From positions 1,426,001-1,490,000 of the forward strand of contig CDLV01000006.1 of assembly GCA_001244265.2 (NCBI GenBank): 64,000 bases of DNA. The letters are read 5' to 3'. Below are positions 28,894-42,249 of this stretch, piece after piece (position 1 is the first letter of the stretch; each line of letters opens with the position of its first letter). Source of the DNA: Microbotryum violaceum (taxonomy: Eukaryota). The notes beneath the pieces were generated by a model. It was not told the DNA's origin, did not search any database, and saw only the letters and a list, made by a program, of their open reading frames with translations. The position numbers and the translations under genes are program-made.

Positions 28894-31800
28894 ATGTCGG
28901 GCCATCCCCCCTCAGCTGGGTCAGCCGGAGGACCGGCTCCGACACTTCAGGACCCATTCCAATCCTCGTCCTCGTCCTCGTCCTCGTCTGCGAACCACAC
29001 CACTCGCATCGCGTCAACTTCTTCGGTCGGATCTTCGGCTTCGTCTTCGGTCGCTATGAGCTCGAGCAGGAGTCGTGGAGCGGCAGGGGGAGCACCTGCT
29101 TCGACGAGTGGTAGTGCGAGGGGGCCGATCAGGGTACGTGTTCTGGCGCTCAAGCGAGAGTGACGACGACATTAGATTACTTGGCCTCGACGACCGCACA
29201 TCACACTCGGCCATGACCTGAACTGATCATCGCGAGCTACTAACAACGCACACCGCTCTTCTGACCTGCAGCCATCGGGAACCTCTGCTGTGCCCACATC
29301 GCACATGGACAGCACCAGTCAGTGCTCTCTCTCTCCCGGCTTGATCACCGGCACCGCGCTCCTGAGCCCCACCACCCAAAGCTAAGTCTAATTCTAATCC
29401 TTCTCCTCTCCTCCATCTCATGCGCTCTCACCAAAAAATGGAACAGTCACGCGCTTACTCGTCGCCACTAAACAACTACTCGAGGGTGAGCATAGTAACT
29501 CTCTCTCCAGTGGGTTCATGGCCCGAGGCATGCAAGTACTGACGGACTCGCAAACAGGTCTGGCGAGATGGGCCCGAGGCGATCTGAGCGAGGATGCCAT
29601 CAGCGAGATCTACGTCAAGTTGGGCAACGATTTCAACCTCGCTGTCGCCGCTTTTGCAAAGGAGAATATCGGCATGAGGTGAGCGCCGCATACGGGAATC
29701 CACGGTCGAGACGATACCAAGAGCTGACACCCATGTAGCGCGGCCGCCATAGTGAACTGCTTTCGGTCCCCGGCGATCTGAGGATATGTCTCGAGACATG
29801 CTTGTCCGAAGAACCCTCGCAGGCGACGCTCGAGCGTCATCTCCCCAAAGTACGCCAGATCATCATTGGTCTACTGCACGGGCTCAGGGAGAAGCAGAGG
29901 TTGTATAGGGACAATTCGGCCGCGAGGAGGGTGCGCGAGACGCAGGAGAGGGAGCAGGCTAGAGCGAAGCAATTGGCTCAGCTTCAACAGGCGCAGAAAC
30001 AACAGCAACAGGCGAATGCGCCGGCTTCCGGAGGAGGAGGATCACCGCCGACGGGATCGGGAGCTGGACCTTCCGATCGAGGGAGCACTTACTCCGTCGC
30101 TTCGTCGACGGGCTCATCCTCTGCAACTGGCCATCCATCGACCCGATCTTTGATCGGCAAGGAACCGCTAAGTCCTGATAGCGCCACGAGGTCCAGGGAC
30201 GATCTGAGGAGGTTCGTCAGTCAGGCGCAGCAACAGCACCCACCACCGACGGCGTCGACCAGTCAGAGTCTACCGGGGACGAGGAGTACGTCACCTTTGC
30301 CACCGCCTTTACCTGGGATGGCTCTACCGGCACTGCCATCGACTTCCGGTTCGAGATCGAGACCCTCGCTCGAGTCGCAAGCATCGCTTTCAAATGACGA
30401 TCTCCCGAGAGACGGCACGAGACAGAGCGCGATCCCGCTCGTCACAGCCTCGCCGAAGATGGTCAAATCGAATAGCAATGAGCGCGACTCTTACGGTACG
30501 AGTGAGGCCGAGTTTGGCACCCTGCCTTCGGTATTACCATCATCAGATTTCAGGAAACTGAGCTCGAGTGGGAGTCTACGTCGAAGGAGTTCGGAACGAT
30601 TGAGGGCTCATTCGCCACCGCCTCCGCCGAGGGATAAGGGGCCGATGCCTTTGCCCCTGACGCCGACGCACAATACGAGCCCAATCAACGACTTTCCTAC
30701 CTCACCACGAACGTCCTTCCCCGACCCGACGAACGGGTTGACCTCGGCGCCTCCTTCGGTTCCAGTTCATTATCGACGCCCCAGCGCCGCAATCTTGGCT
30801 GCCGCAGCGGCCGAACCACCCCCTCCCCCACCGGCGGGTACGATGGCGCACATGCAGTCGCTCGAAGCGTTGAGGCAGTCCGACAACCTCTCTCGGAGGG
30901 CCAGTCGAAGGTTCTCGGCCTATGCGATTCAGAAGATCACGACGGGCTCGGGGTCGCCCGGTCGATCGCCGGGTGAGAGGAGGATCATTTCCGGTCCGTC
31001 GCCGATGGGAGCTGGGAGTGGAGGCGGAGGAAGCGGGGATCCTGGAGATGGTGGATCGTCGCTTCCTCGTAGTGCTTCGGCTGGGAGAGAGCTGGCGATC
31101 GCGGATGAACGAGGTGGGATGAGACGTGGTGGGCCCACCAACAACTCGATGACGGCACCGGCCCGGAAAGCCAAGAGTGAGTTCCGACCGACGAGAGGTG
31201 GGACGACCGTCACATCCCCTTTGGCGCAAAGGGAGACGGCGGAGATCGCGACCATTGCGGAGGAGGGAACGGGTGGCAGTCGGGAGGGATCACCGAGTGC
31301 CAGTTCGTCGTCGCCGAGTCGGAATGGAGTTGCGAACCGAACAGGTTCGATGAGGATGCCCCCTCCGACGGCGGACTTGCCTGCTACTCCTTCTTCGTCG
31401 TCGACATTCACTCCGTCGATAGCTGAAGGAGCCGAACCCACCTCTGTCGGCCCCGTTCGCAACGCAAGCACCTTGACGACCGTCTCGACGGACAGTGACT
31501 CGCACGACTACCCTCTCACCGTCTTCCTCCAAATCGGTCGAGAAGTCAAAAAGGCGCGCTTGGTCGAAGAACCGACGATCGCGTCGCTCAAACTCGTCTT
31601 TGTCGAACGATTCCAGTACAACCCCGGGGCAAACGATTTTCCCGCTATTTATGTGAGAGATGGGGAGTTTGGGATTAGTTACGAGTTGGAAGATATGAAG
31701 GATGTGAGGAATGGGAGTGTGTTGAGTCTGAACATCGATAGTGAGTGTTGGGGTCCTAGTGGATCAGGGATTGCTTCCGTGTAGTTGACTGATGTCCTTT

Positions 31801-33120
31801 CCGCCTATTCCCGAAGCCGTCGAACAAGTCAAGCAACACATCGACCAAGGCTTGTTGACTCTCTCGCAGGACATCAAGGAACTGCGATCAACCATGACGG
31901 CGATGCGACGCGTCTCGAGCCACGCCGGCATGTTCAGCCCCGAACTAGCGACGCCTGCCGCGGCGCAGACCCTGCCCGAACCGAGCGAGCAGCAGTACCA
32001 GGATGCGGCGCAGAAGGTCTTGCGCATGCGACGGCTCGGCTCGATCCCCAACATGGCTGCTAGTGCGAACGCGGACAAAGCTTCGCCTAGCGATCCCAAT
32101 ACGCCCAAGCCTTCGCAGGCCAGTACTTCGAGCGTTGGTGCTCCACCCCTGCCCGCTGCTCCAAAAGGCTCCCCTACTCTTTCAACGAGCTCCAAGATGG
32201 GTGGTGGTGGTGGTAAAGGAGCACTCGACGCGAACCAAGTCGTCGAGACGCTCCGGACGCAACACAAACAAGTGCAAGACCTACGCCGCGAACTCGGCGT
32301 CCTACGCCAAGTCTATAGCGATTTCGGGCACCACACCAAACACATCTTCGCGGCGATGAAGGTCGAGACCTCGCGCGTGCACAAACTCGCTTCGACGAGC
32401 AAAGTCGGCAAGTCGAGAACTTTCGTCGAAGCGGGCGTACAAAAGTTGGATGCGGACGTTTCCGAATTGGTCGTGAAGGTGGACGAGATTTCGGATTCGA
32501 TTGAGTTGATGCGAGCGGATGTCGTGCGAGGCGTTCGACCTCGGCCTGGGTACCTTAGTGAGACGGCGTTGACGTTGAAGAAGATCGTTGAACAGAGGGA
32601 TGCCGTCGCGGAAAAGTTGGGAACGACCAAGCCGACGTGGGCGCATACCTGGTCCGAGGAATTGGCCAAGGTGTTGGGCGAGCAAGAGACGGTGCAGAAG
32701 CACGAATCGATGTTAGTTGATCTGTGCGATGACCTCAACGACGTCAAGGACGTTTTGAAGAACATTGAGGCCGTCGCCAAATCAACGAAGAAGCTGCATC
32801 GGACCAAGAGTCGGCATCGTCTTGCGGGCAGTGGCGATGATGGTACGGAAGGGAACGACCTCGATCCCGGTCAGTCCTTGTCGAACGTCTTGCTCGAGGT
32901 CAAGCATCTCCAACCCGACGCGAACAGACGCTTGGAAGCGATCGCGAGAGCGGAGAAACAACGCGAGATCGACAATGCGAATAGGACGGACGAGTTCGCG
33001 GACGAGTTGGAAGAGTTTGTACAGAGGGGCAAGTTGAAAAAGAGTGGTGGGGTTGAGGAGGCGGAGAGGTTGAGGCAGGCGAGGAGTGAAGCGACGCTCA
33101 AGGCTATGTTTGCTGGTTAA
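28894..33120 (+). CDS. BUD6: Bud site selection protein 6 / actin-interacting protein Aip3
   Basis: VTRLLVATKQLLE, CLSEEPSQATLERHLPKVRQIII.LLHGL, L.RRASRRFSAY, VFLQIGREVKK, YELED, QVQDLRRELGVLRQVY, KLKKSGGVEEAERLRQ. Confidence 0.92.
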
Positions 33121-33289
33121 GCTGGCGAAGATGGCATGCGCGTGGCTCTCTGGTTTTTTGTTCGTACATGCATTACCTAATGATTGCAAGTAGATTACGT
33201 TGATGACCCATGCGACCTGGACGAGAACATTCGACTGATGCCAATCTGAAGCGCGACGGGCTCCCCCACATGCTCCGAACCCCTCATGT

Positions 33290-34134
33290 CTACTCATCCT
33301 TTTTGGACGAGCTTGCCGCCGCAGGCTCTTGGACACTACTCGCAGAAGCTTGCTGCAAAGCTCTCGCCGCCTCCCTCGCCTGTTCGTTCCTGATTTGCTC
33401 GAGACGAGCCTGTTCCTCCAAGTCGACGGCATTCCCATCCCCAAAGCCGACAGTGAAGCCCATGAAAAGTCCAGAGAAAAAGCTGAAGATCCCAAAGAGC
33501 GCAAGGAGGGAGGACCCATGGGGCGTTTTCTTGCTTACGTAGAAGCAAGTTGCGGCAAAGAGGAGACGTCCGGGAGCTGAGGTGGCGGAAACGCGGTAAG
33601 GTCAGCTAGCTGCAGTGCCACTAAGGGGTGCGAAAGGAAGTTGCACTAGACGGGAAAGATGGAGCATGGATTGTGCAGGTGGCTGCGTAGGGATGACGCA
33701 CTCGAGTTTCTTTTGGCCTTTTCGTCCAAGGTGTACACGCTCAAAATGTATTGAGCGCCTTTGATGGTAGAACCCCCGGTGAGGGTCGGGATTAGCTATC
33801 GCTAGTAGTAGTTTCGAGAGGCCCCAGTGCGCGGTGTGAAGAGACTAACCGATGGCGAACGAGAGCACGCCGACCAATGCGAGAGCCTGATTATTCCCGG
33901 AATACGGACGAAGTTGGGTTTCTTTTTCGATGAGGGTGAGAACGGGCTGTACAACTCGCAGGAAGGCGGTCGGTTCCCGGAGGAGGGCGACCCCTGTCGC
34001 ATAGGTTGAAGGATATAGCATCCGAATGAGACTTGGAGCATACCCCAATTTGATCGAGCTCGAGTGCGACTTCACGTACCTGCTATGACGTGTGCGAGAC
34101 CCGCCACACCCAACTGAACATCGCTTAAGCTCAT
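33290..34134 (-). CDS. Hypothetical small membrane protein (spliced)
   Basis: Exons MSLSDVQLGVAGLAHVIAG / TYATGVALLREP... / GAQYILSVYTLDEKAKRN / LPGRLLFAATCFYV...SLLALFGIFSFFSGLFMGFTVGF...KKDE*, bounded by GT-AG signals. Confidence 0.6.
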
Positions 34135-34463
34135 GGGGGGCGTCGGAACTGTGGCAGCCGTGGACACGGTCAAGCGTGCGGAAGAGGTGCTGATCGCCGG
34201 GTAGTTGGGAGTGAGTGACACCAGTAGGCTTCTCAAGTGCTGATAGCAGGTGCGTGGAGCTGGTAAGGGCAAGGACTCAGGACAGCCAGCTTGAGGGCGG
34301 CCTCTGGATCCGTGCGCTTGCCATGCAGTGGAGCCAATGTGGGGCGGCGCACGATCTCGCACGATTTCACGTGGGTTTCAGGGGGCGAAGTCGACTGACC
34401 GGCCGCGCACCTCGGCTCTCATCTCCTGGGCGAACTACCTCATAAATCAGCTCCACACAGGCG

Positions 34464-35570
34464 ATGTCAAGCTCTGCGTCGACTGCAACCACCCAAGCTG
34501 CCAAGGCCCTGCTGCGCAAGTCACTCAAGCGACGGCTCAAGCTCGTGCCCCGAGTTCAAGTCGCCCAGGAATGTCGGTCTGCACGACCGTGCTGGTCATC
34601 TCACCTTCAAGAGCTGATTCCATTTCCATTCTCACAGCCGCTGCAATCGCCGCTCGAGTCCTCGCTGCATCGTGGTACCTCAAGGCCGATGCGGTCAGCT
34701 GCTACCTCTCCACTCCGGTCGGCGAAGCGAGCACCGACTCGATCATTCTCGACGCCCTGAGCAAGGGTCAGTCCAGACCAAGCGAACCTGGCATTCTACA
34801 CAGGGAAAAATTGGGTATTTACTCCAACACAGGCAAACGCGTCTTTATACCCTTTTGTCCACTCGAGCAACCCGCTGTCATGCGCATGCTCAGGCTCAAA
34901 TCCGCTCAACACTTCGAGAGTCTTCAATTGAATAGATGGGGGATTCGGGAACTCGATCCACAAGAGGTGAGAGAGCTGCGTGGATATATTGAGAAGTCAT
35001 GATACACGTCGCTTACACTGTCGTACTGAGTCACAGGTCGAAGCGCTAGAAGACGGTGAGAATCTTGACCCCCAAGAGAATTCGTGACGGCCGAATACCG
35101 GGGCAAAGCTCTGACTAAACCCACCGCTTCTTCCTCTCCCTCCTTCCTCAGCGGAATCAGAACAATCCGGTGGACTCGACTTGATTCTGGTCCCTGGTCT
35201 GGCGTTCGACCGCAAGAAGGGACGGCTCGGACATGGCAGAGGCTACTATGATCGGTGCGTCAAGTGCACCTCAAAGAATGTCACGAGTATTGGACTGACA
35301 TGACGTACTGAATGGTCCAAGATACATAACCGAGACCGGCAACTATTCCGCACGATTCAACAAACACCCACCTTTTACAGGTCAGCCGACGTTTTAAGTG
35401 CACATCAGTCGAGTTCAGAGCCGACACTGATATGACCAAATCATCGGCCTACAGCTGCTCTTGCACTTCAGGCTCAAATGATTGAGCAAGATGATCCAGA
35501 TCAGATCCCTGTGACAGAGTGGGATCGTAGACCCGATGCGCTAGTCACACCGGATGAAATCGTTTTTTGA
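34464..35570 (+). CDS. FAU1: 5-formyltetrahydrofolate cyclo-ligase
   Basis: [59 protein letters not shown]. Confidence 0.92.
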
Positions 35571-35956
35571 GGCTCCTTACTGGAGCAGTTCAGCTTGCTC
35601 TGTTCTGGGCATCATGCCAAGTGCAATGTAACGAGATCGATCTCGGATGGGTTGCAAATCCATTCTCCACGGGTTTTTGAGTCTCATGGGTAATACCGAG
35701 AGCGAAATCGCCTGTCCAAATTGATGGTCCGAGAGTCGACTATCTCCTGTTCACCAAAGCTTCTTGGGTAGTAGTGCATCGAGCCGGAGGACAGCCTCCT
35801 CGGAATGACCTTTCCCATCACTCACGCTTTTCACTCTCCCTTATCTGCGCAGCCACCATGCAACATAGCAGAGCTCATCATTCTTCAAATCTGCCTGCCA
35901 TCCTCTCCCAGATAGCTGGCAGTCGGCCCTTCTCAAGTTCGACCGAGGTCAAGGTG

Positions 35957-37021
35957 ATGGCTGAACCGATCAAGTCCGTCACGTGGACGAGGGTGCCCGA
36001 ATGCTTCAGTCTGGAAGGATATCCTGACGGTCGTAATGACGAGGCACTTTACAAGCTTGAATGCAAGTCCTATATTTTTGGTCATCCTCCCCCCCTCTTG
36101 CACTGATTCGATCGTGAGCTGGCGCGGGTTTGACATCGCGCGCGCGGATTGACATCTCTCGATCCTCCCTCGTTCACCTCCTCATTCGCTTCCATCGGAG
36201 CATAGATGCGAAGACAGGAAGATCGATATGCAAAGGTCTTCGACCCTGTGCCGGTACACCGATCGAGCAGGACGACTTGCGTTTGGGCGTTTGGGTCGAG
36301 TTCGGCAATACCGTCGCTGGGTTCCAGTGGCGTCATTGGGTACGTTTCCACCTCTCTGTGCTTGCTCGACGGTGTCGGGGCGACCGTCCACTGACTATCG
36401 TGATATGGCTCATGTGTAACATCAGCGCTGTGTGACGACCAAGCAGATCGAGAACATGCGCACTGTCTACGACTACCTCTTTGAAATTGAAGGCTTCCAT
36501 GATCTTGACTCGGAGGACCGCCACATGATCGAACGAGCGCTCGAGAACTTTAAGAGTAAGCAGGCGTGACGGGTTGATACGTTCACCGCGAGCGTACTGA
36601 TCAAAGACTGGTGTCGTTGTATCTTTCATGCTCAGTTGACCTCGACGACGCCGGAACGATCGAACCCGGCGGTGATCCGACGCCCCAGGAAGTACCGCAA
36701 ACGCCCTCTCCAAGTGACAGTGCTCTTTCCAAGACCACCCTCATCCTCAGACGTCAACGAGCCAAGACGAGTTCGATCCGAGACACTCAAGTGGAAGCCA
36801 ATCGGACCGAAGTGAAGCCAACCCAGAGCGTTGAAAGCGGTTTACCGCCTGAGACGCCTTCGAGTCCGGTCAAGTCAAAGACCAAATTGAAGGCAAAGGC
36901 GGGAACCAAAATTAAGGCTCCTCCTGTGGAGGATCGAACCGATTTTGCGCAGACGATGTTGTTCGCGAACGCGGCCAAAGGTGACGACGACGAGATGGTG
37001 GAGGTGAGAAGCGAGGCCTGA
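35957..37021 (+). CDS. PARP-type zinc-finger (zf-PARP) domain protein
   Basis: Spliced YKLEYAKTGRSICKGLRPCAGTPIEQDDLRLG...WRHWRCVT matches the zf-PARP pattern. The first intron (36063-36205) is GC-AG. An in-frame upstream ATG exists at 35858. Confidence 0.75.
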
Positions 37022-37363
37022 GAACGGTTGAATGAAGGAACGAAAGGTTTTATGGCTTATGGAGGTGCGGGAAGCGGAGTCCGGAGCTTTCGAGAATTTG
37101 CGATAGGTGCATCTGTACAAGTAGTGGCAACGAATAACCGAGATCATCCGAGCTCAGACTAATCGGAACGAAAGTAATGAATTACAACAACAAAAAAGTA
37201 TGTGATCGGGAAACAAACTTGCCCCTTGAGCCAGCTCGCTCTTGTTTTGCCGAGGACAGCTACTGGTGGCGTGGTAAGATCCAGCGTGTAGCAGGTGAAA
37301 GCGACTCTCCTATATGAGCTTCATCGACTACTCGGCTCCATCTTCCGCCACGATGGAGGAGCT

Positions 37364-38526
37364 TCACCGCGAGGCGACCATCCGCCGTTGTTGGCCCATA
37401 GGAGCCGATCGTACTGGCTGATCTGGCGTTGGTGCGTCCGGAGCAACCTCGTCCACTTCATCGACCCATCCCGCCGGTACCAAACACGGCACGGACGTCG
37501 CCACCTGAGCTCCAGTTGAAGATGCCACGCGATGAGCTCGGTGAGACTTGGCGCTTGGGTGGGGCTTTGCTCTTCATCCGACTCACCCAACTCGCTCTGT
37601 TAATCCAAGCCGGTGCTCGTCTGCCTGTCAAACGATAAAGCAATTCGTCCGTGAAGCTGTTGCAATTCTGCACATAGTGTCAAGAGCCGGGTACCGTGAT
37701 CAGCACCTTAACCCTCGAATTCGAAAAAGTGCTTGTTGGAGATGCTCACCCTTTGCAACAACGAATACTTGGTTCCCTTCCATTCCTCTTCTGACTTCAT
37801 CTGATCGACGATTTTCCATGCTCTTTCCAAAGGGTCCTCGGTAGGCTCCGCTGCACTTGGTTCTAGATCGCTGCCCTCCATTCCCTTACTCGACGATGGA
37901 TTTCTCTTGGACGTCGGCGAGAGTGAAGCCGTCGATCCCGCACTCATTTGTTGAGCATACGAAGGACCGGCAAGCGTAACCGTGCTCTCGGATGATGGCG
38001 TACGCGTCTGCCATAGCTTGATCGAACTCAGGCTCGTGCTCGAGGCCTGGCGCCGTTGTTGGTCGGGTATGGCCGTCCGTTCTACCTCCGCTTGAGGATC
38101 CCCGAACTCCTTCTCCCAATCTGGTCCAAACGCTTCTTCAGCATCGAGAAGAAGATATTCTCGAAGCCCTGGCATACGGTCGCCTGCGGTCCCAGCTGCG
38201 AGAGTGAAGACGCCGGTAGCGCTGGGCACGTCGTGTCCACCGAACGCGATCTCGACTTGGTTCGACGCGTTGCCGTTGAGTCGGGAAGCGTAACGTCGGG
38301 GTAATTGGATCGACGAATGGTACACACCTATTGCGAGAGAGGTTTTATGCAAGATCAGTAGCTTGGTCGGGGCGTAAGCCGCGCATAGATGAGCAGGTTG
38401 GTTGATTTGCGAACGGTGGAGGCGCGACAATACGAACCTGTTCCGAGCGTGTTGAGCATCCAAGAAAGGTTAGACGGCGGTAGGAGGTCATAGATCCGTA
38501 TTTTGACGTGTAGAGGCTGCGACATG
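37364..38526 (-). CDS. PPPDE/DeSI-family isopeptidase
   Basis: IRIYDL, GVYHSSI (catalytic His), EIAFGGH..TGVF, YSLLQRNCNSFTDELLYRLTG..PAWINRA (catalytic Cys in NCN). Confidence 0.85.
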
Positions 38527-39592
38527 ACGGCGCGCACGGGACAGTATGCTCGACAAGGAGAAGGAGCGAAACAGGCGGACGGCCTGGGTTGCCCGGGCGA
38601 GAGGTGGGGGTGGACCGGTGGAGCGCTGTGCGATGTTCTGAGCGCTTGAGCTAATTATAGCCTCGCTGGTATTTGAGAGAAGCTGTTTAAATCCACACTC
38701 GAGCAATCATATCATGATTCGCCGTTCCAAGTCATTACCGTTGCATCGTCTCTCTTGCTGCAGCCAAACGAAGCAGTCCACAGGCGTGGGCCTAGCTCGG
38801 AAAGTGATATATCACGCTCGGCCAAATTGTTGCTCAAACCTGGATGTGCACCGATAGGGAAATCCAATGCCTCCCTCGAAAATTACCGGATTTTTCTTGG
38901 TACCTATTTTCTGGAGCGATGAAAGCTTGCCTTGATTCTGCGCGAAGCTCGAATATGCATGCCATCCGATAAATTAATCGAAAGGAAGGTCGGGTAAGTC
39001 AGTCCGAACTTCGGGAACTTCGGCGGACTCGTGTTTCGCGCTCGGACCTCTTCTTTGGACTGAAATTAACATTGATCTGAATATGTGAAATCTAATCAGG
39101 CTTGATACAAAAAAACACATTGTTGGTGTTTTGTAAAGGTATCTGGTGACTTTTGGCTTTACATAAGTCCAGCCCCTTTTCAAACATAGCGAATAATTCT
39201 GGTTAGGCTTGACCATAAAACTATCAGATTACTCGAGGCCGCGACTAATTAGAGCGGCTCTATCTCTCTCTCTCTCTCTCTCCCTGACGTTCCCCAGTAA
39301 CTTCGTCTGCTCACGGCGCTGCTTCTCAAGGTTTGACAACGTTTGTCTCGCTTCCACCACTACCCCCTACCTCCACTTGCCTTTGGCTTCACCTCCTGTC
39401 AGTCACTACAGCAGACGCCCAGCGCGCCTGCTTCAGCTGTAACCATCCCGTCGTCTGTAACGCGGGCTGGTCAGTGAACTGCTCAGAGTTCCACGGACTG
39501 GCCGTGGGTCACTCATCCAAGGTTTGGGACTCCCCGAACCCCCTATAATCAGTCAGTTGGGGTCGGGCCGACGCGTGCCTTGGTCCCGAATA

Positions 39593-40776
39593 ATGGATCC
39601 GGTCTACTACAATGACCCTCTTGACGTACCCGTGAACTTGGAGGACGAAGAGTGAGTGTAAGGATTTCAACTTGGAAGACCTGGCCCCTTTTGCCATTGC
39701 ATGGGATCCCCCGCTCACGCCACGTCCTCGACGGTGGTCTGACTAAATATCGTTTCCATGAGCGAGCGACAAGGCTCCGACGCAACTCGATCGACCCTTC
39801 CACCTCCTTGACAGACCACTTGCACCGCCTGCAAGCGGAAGCTTACAAGGTGCACCCTTACCCCTGTGTACGCAAGTGGAACTTTGCCCGCTACAAGATC
39901 AAGCGCAACCATCTTGGATATGACCGCGCGCTCGCCCATGGCCATCAAGACCGAAGCGTGATCTTGATCGATGCCGGGTGTTGCAGTGAGTCGTGGCCAT
40001 ATTCACTCACCAAGCTGCGAGTAAGTGTCTAATACGCTCTTTTTTCCGCGTTTTTAGTGGGTACGGATGTCAGGAGTCTTGTGGCGGAAGGCTTTCCCGC
40101 GGATCAACTCCTTGGCACGGACCTTGACGATCGTGAGCTCAACCTGCCTGTCCGTTCGTACGATTAGGCCGCGGAATCTAGGCTGAAGTGCCTGTTCAAT
40201 GTAGGCTTCCTCGCGTTGGGTTATAAGCTTTTTATGGACGAACCCTCATCGCCCTCCACGCCTGCGTTCCTCGCCGGCGACCTCTTCTCAACATCGTTCC
40301 TCGCTGCGCCCGTCGCGGATCCCTCAATCTCGACATCGGTCTTACCTGCTCCAGCACTCAAGTCATTGACATCGCTTACACCACTTCTCGGTCGGGTTCA
40401 ACATATTCACTGCGCCTCGCTGTTCCACTTCTTTGGCGAAGCAAAACAAGCTCAACTCGCGCACAAGCTGTTCGCGCTCCTCAGCCGGACCGCAGGTTCC
40501 ACAATATTTGGGTCCCAACTCGGCAGCAGCATCGCCTCGCTCTGCGATCGGTATTGACTGCCCGAAAATACCGACCCCGGGGCGGAGGATCAGGCGTGGT
40601 GTCACTCGCCCGGGAGTTGAAAGAAGCTGTGGGCCGACTTGTCCGAAGAAATTGGGGTGAAGCTTCGCGTGATGACCGCTCTGGAGGATCGCGCCGGTAG
40701 CAAGGCGATGCCCATCATCGACGACATCCACAAGTATAAGATCAACAACCTTGTGTGGTGTGTGACGGTCTTGTGA
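39593..40776 (+). pseudogene. Fungal SAM-dependent methyltransferase-like gene with two in-frame TGA codons
   Basis: AYKVHPYPCV..WNF, LIDAGCC.GTDVRSLV.EGFP..LLGTDL, GYKLF.D, SLFHFF, IFG. The last exon stays in frame through TGA at 40555 and 40618 (WCHSPGS*KKLW) to LVWCVTVL*. Confidence 0.75.
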
Positions 40777-40865
40777 AGCGCTCGTTTGGGCCAGCCTTTA
40801 TGCGAAGCGGACACAATCTGGGGTCTGTGGAACATGGGCCCTGACGACGGAGGGACTCTGATTAA

Positions 40866-42107
40866 TTGGTTGATAAAAAGACAAAAATGCCCTCGAAAGA
40901 TAGCGAAAGGACGAAATTGCCCTCGCTTCTTTTCATGAGGACAGAAATGCCCTTCTCTAAAGGACCAAAATGCCCTCGGATTCTCGACTCCTGTAATACT
41001 TGATATATCATCTCATAACCAAGAGGGTAGCTTCTTGTAGTCGTTTTGATTAGCTCCGTACACTCAGAATCCCCAGAGATGCCGTGAGAATTCATATATC
41101 ACGGTCGCAAAGTCAGGGCCCTATCGCGACTGAAGTGAGTCCAAGTCGAAAGCGAGCGATGAGTATAGACCGAGTGAATTCCATATGAAATAGGCCAGCA
41201 GTAGTAGCATTGACAGTCTTGACACCTTATGCTCAGATTCAAATGGTCTATTTACCTATCGCATGTAACTCGGTTGTGTCCGGGGCTTTTGCAGAGACCA
41301 CAGATCGCGTCGCGCTTGGACCTCTCGTCCGCACCCCGGATCCTGCGCTTGATCGGACGTCGTGTACGCGTGGAGAGATGTGACAGAACGATAATGGAAC
41401 CTTCTTCTTCGCCAGTTGAGTCACTATCGTCCACTTACCCATGACCTCATGACGCTCACGAGGAAGACGATGCAGCTTCATTCGGCCCGAGACGGAACGG
41501 GTTGGAGCGTTGTCGCGTAAGTCTGCTCTTGCTGTCGCCGGTGTGCAGCAGCGATCGGTGACTGTGGGCTTCATTGAAGACAATGATGGTCCAAACACTG
41601 CATTCTCCTTTGGAGACAGCAGTGGCACAGAAGGAGCACGGAGGATATTGGACACTCTTGCTCACGACGCATGTCAGACTTGCGAATGTCGCTGAAACTG
41701 GTGATCAAGCGCATATTGATGGCCCGCATCTGTGAGCTCCTTCTAGAGACTTTCCCCCTCCCTGAAAGAATGTTCCATTGTCGAAAGTCGGTGGTGACTT
41801 CGGGGTCGGGGCGAGAATGCGGAAGGTGGCCAACGTCGCTTCGCGAACTCGCGCGCCTCGTCGCGTCGACGATCGATGAGGCCCCTGACTTTGCGACCGT
41901 GATATATGAATTCTCACTGCATCTCTGGGGATTCTGAGTATACGAAGCTGATCACACCGACTACAACAAGCTATCCTCTTGGTTATGAGATGATATATCA
42001 AGTATTACAGGAGTCGAGAATCCGAGGGCATTTTGGTCCTTTAGAGAAAGGCATTTCTGTCCTCATGAATAGGAGGCAAGGGCATTTTTGTCCTTTTCTC
42101 TAACTAG
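40866..42107 (-). mobile_element. Internally deleted Mutator-like (MULE) DNA transposon with ~220-bp TIRs
   Basis: Inverted repeats at ~40906-41126 and ~41874-42096 (about 90% identical by eye) with internal GGACnAAA(A)TGCCCT subrepeats. Internal relic CGLCKSPGHNRVTC zinc knuckle at 41252-41434 (minus). No TSD found. Confidence 0.75.
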
Positions 42108-42249
42108 TTTGATGATTTTTCTATCCAGAGGGCTGAATATGCACCCACGATGTGGTTCTGTCATACCTTGGGGTAACCGTTGCACTATTGCATCATTCCT
42201 TGTGGAATTCAAATATCTATATATGCATCAACTTGTTATATTCACGCGA

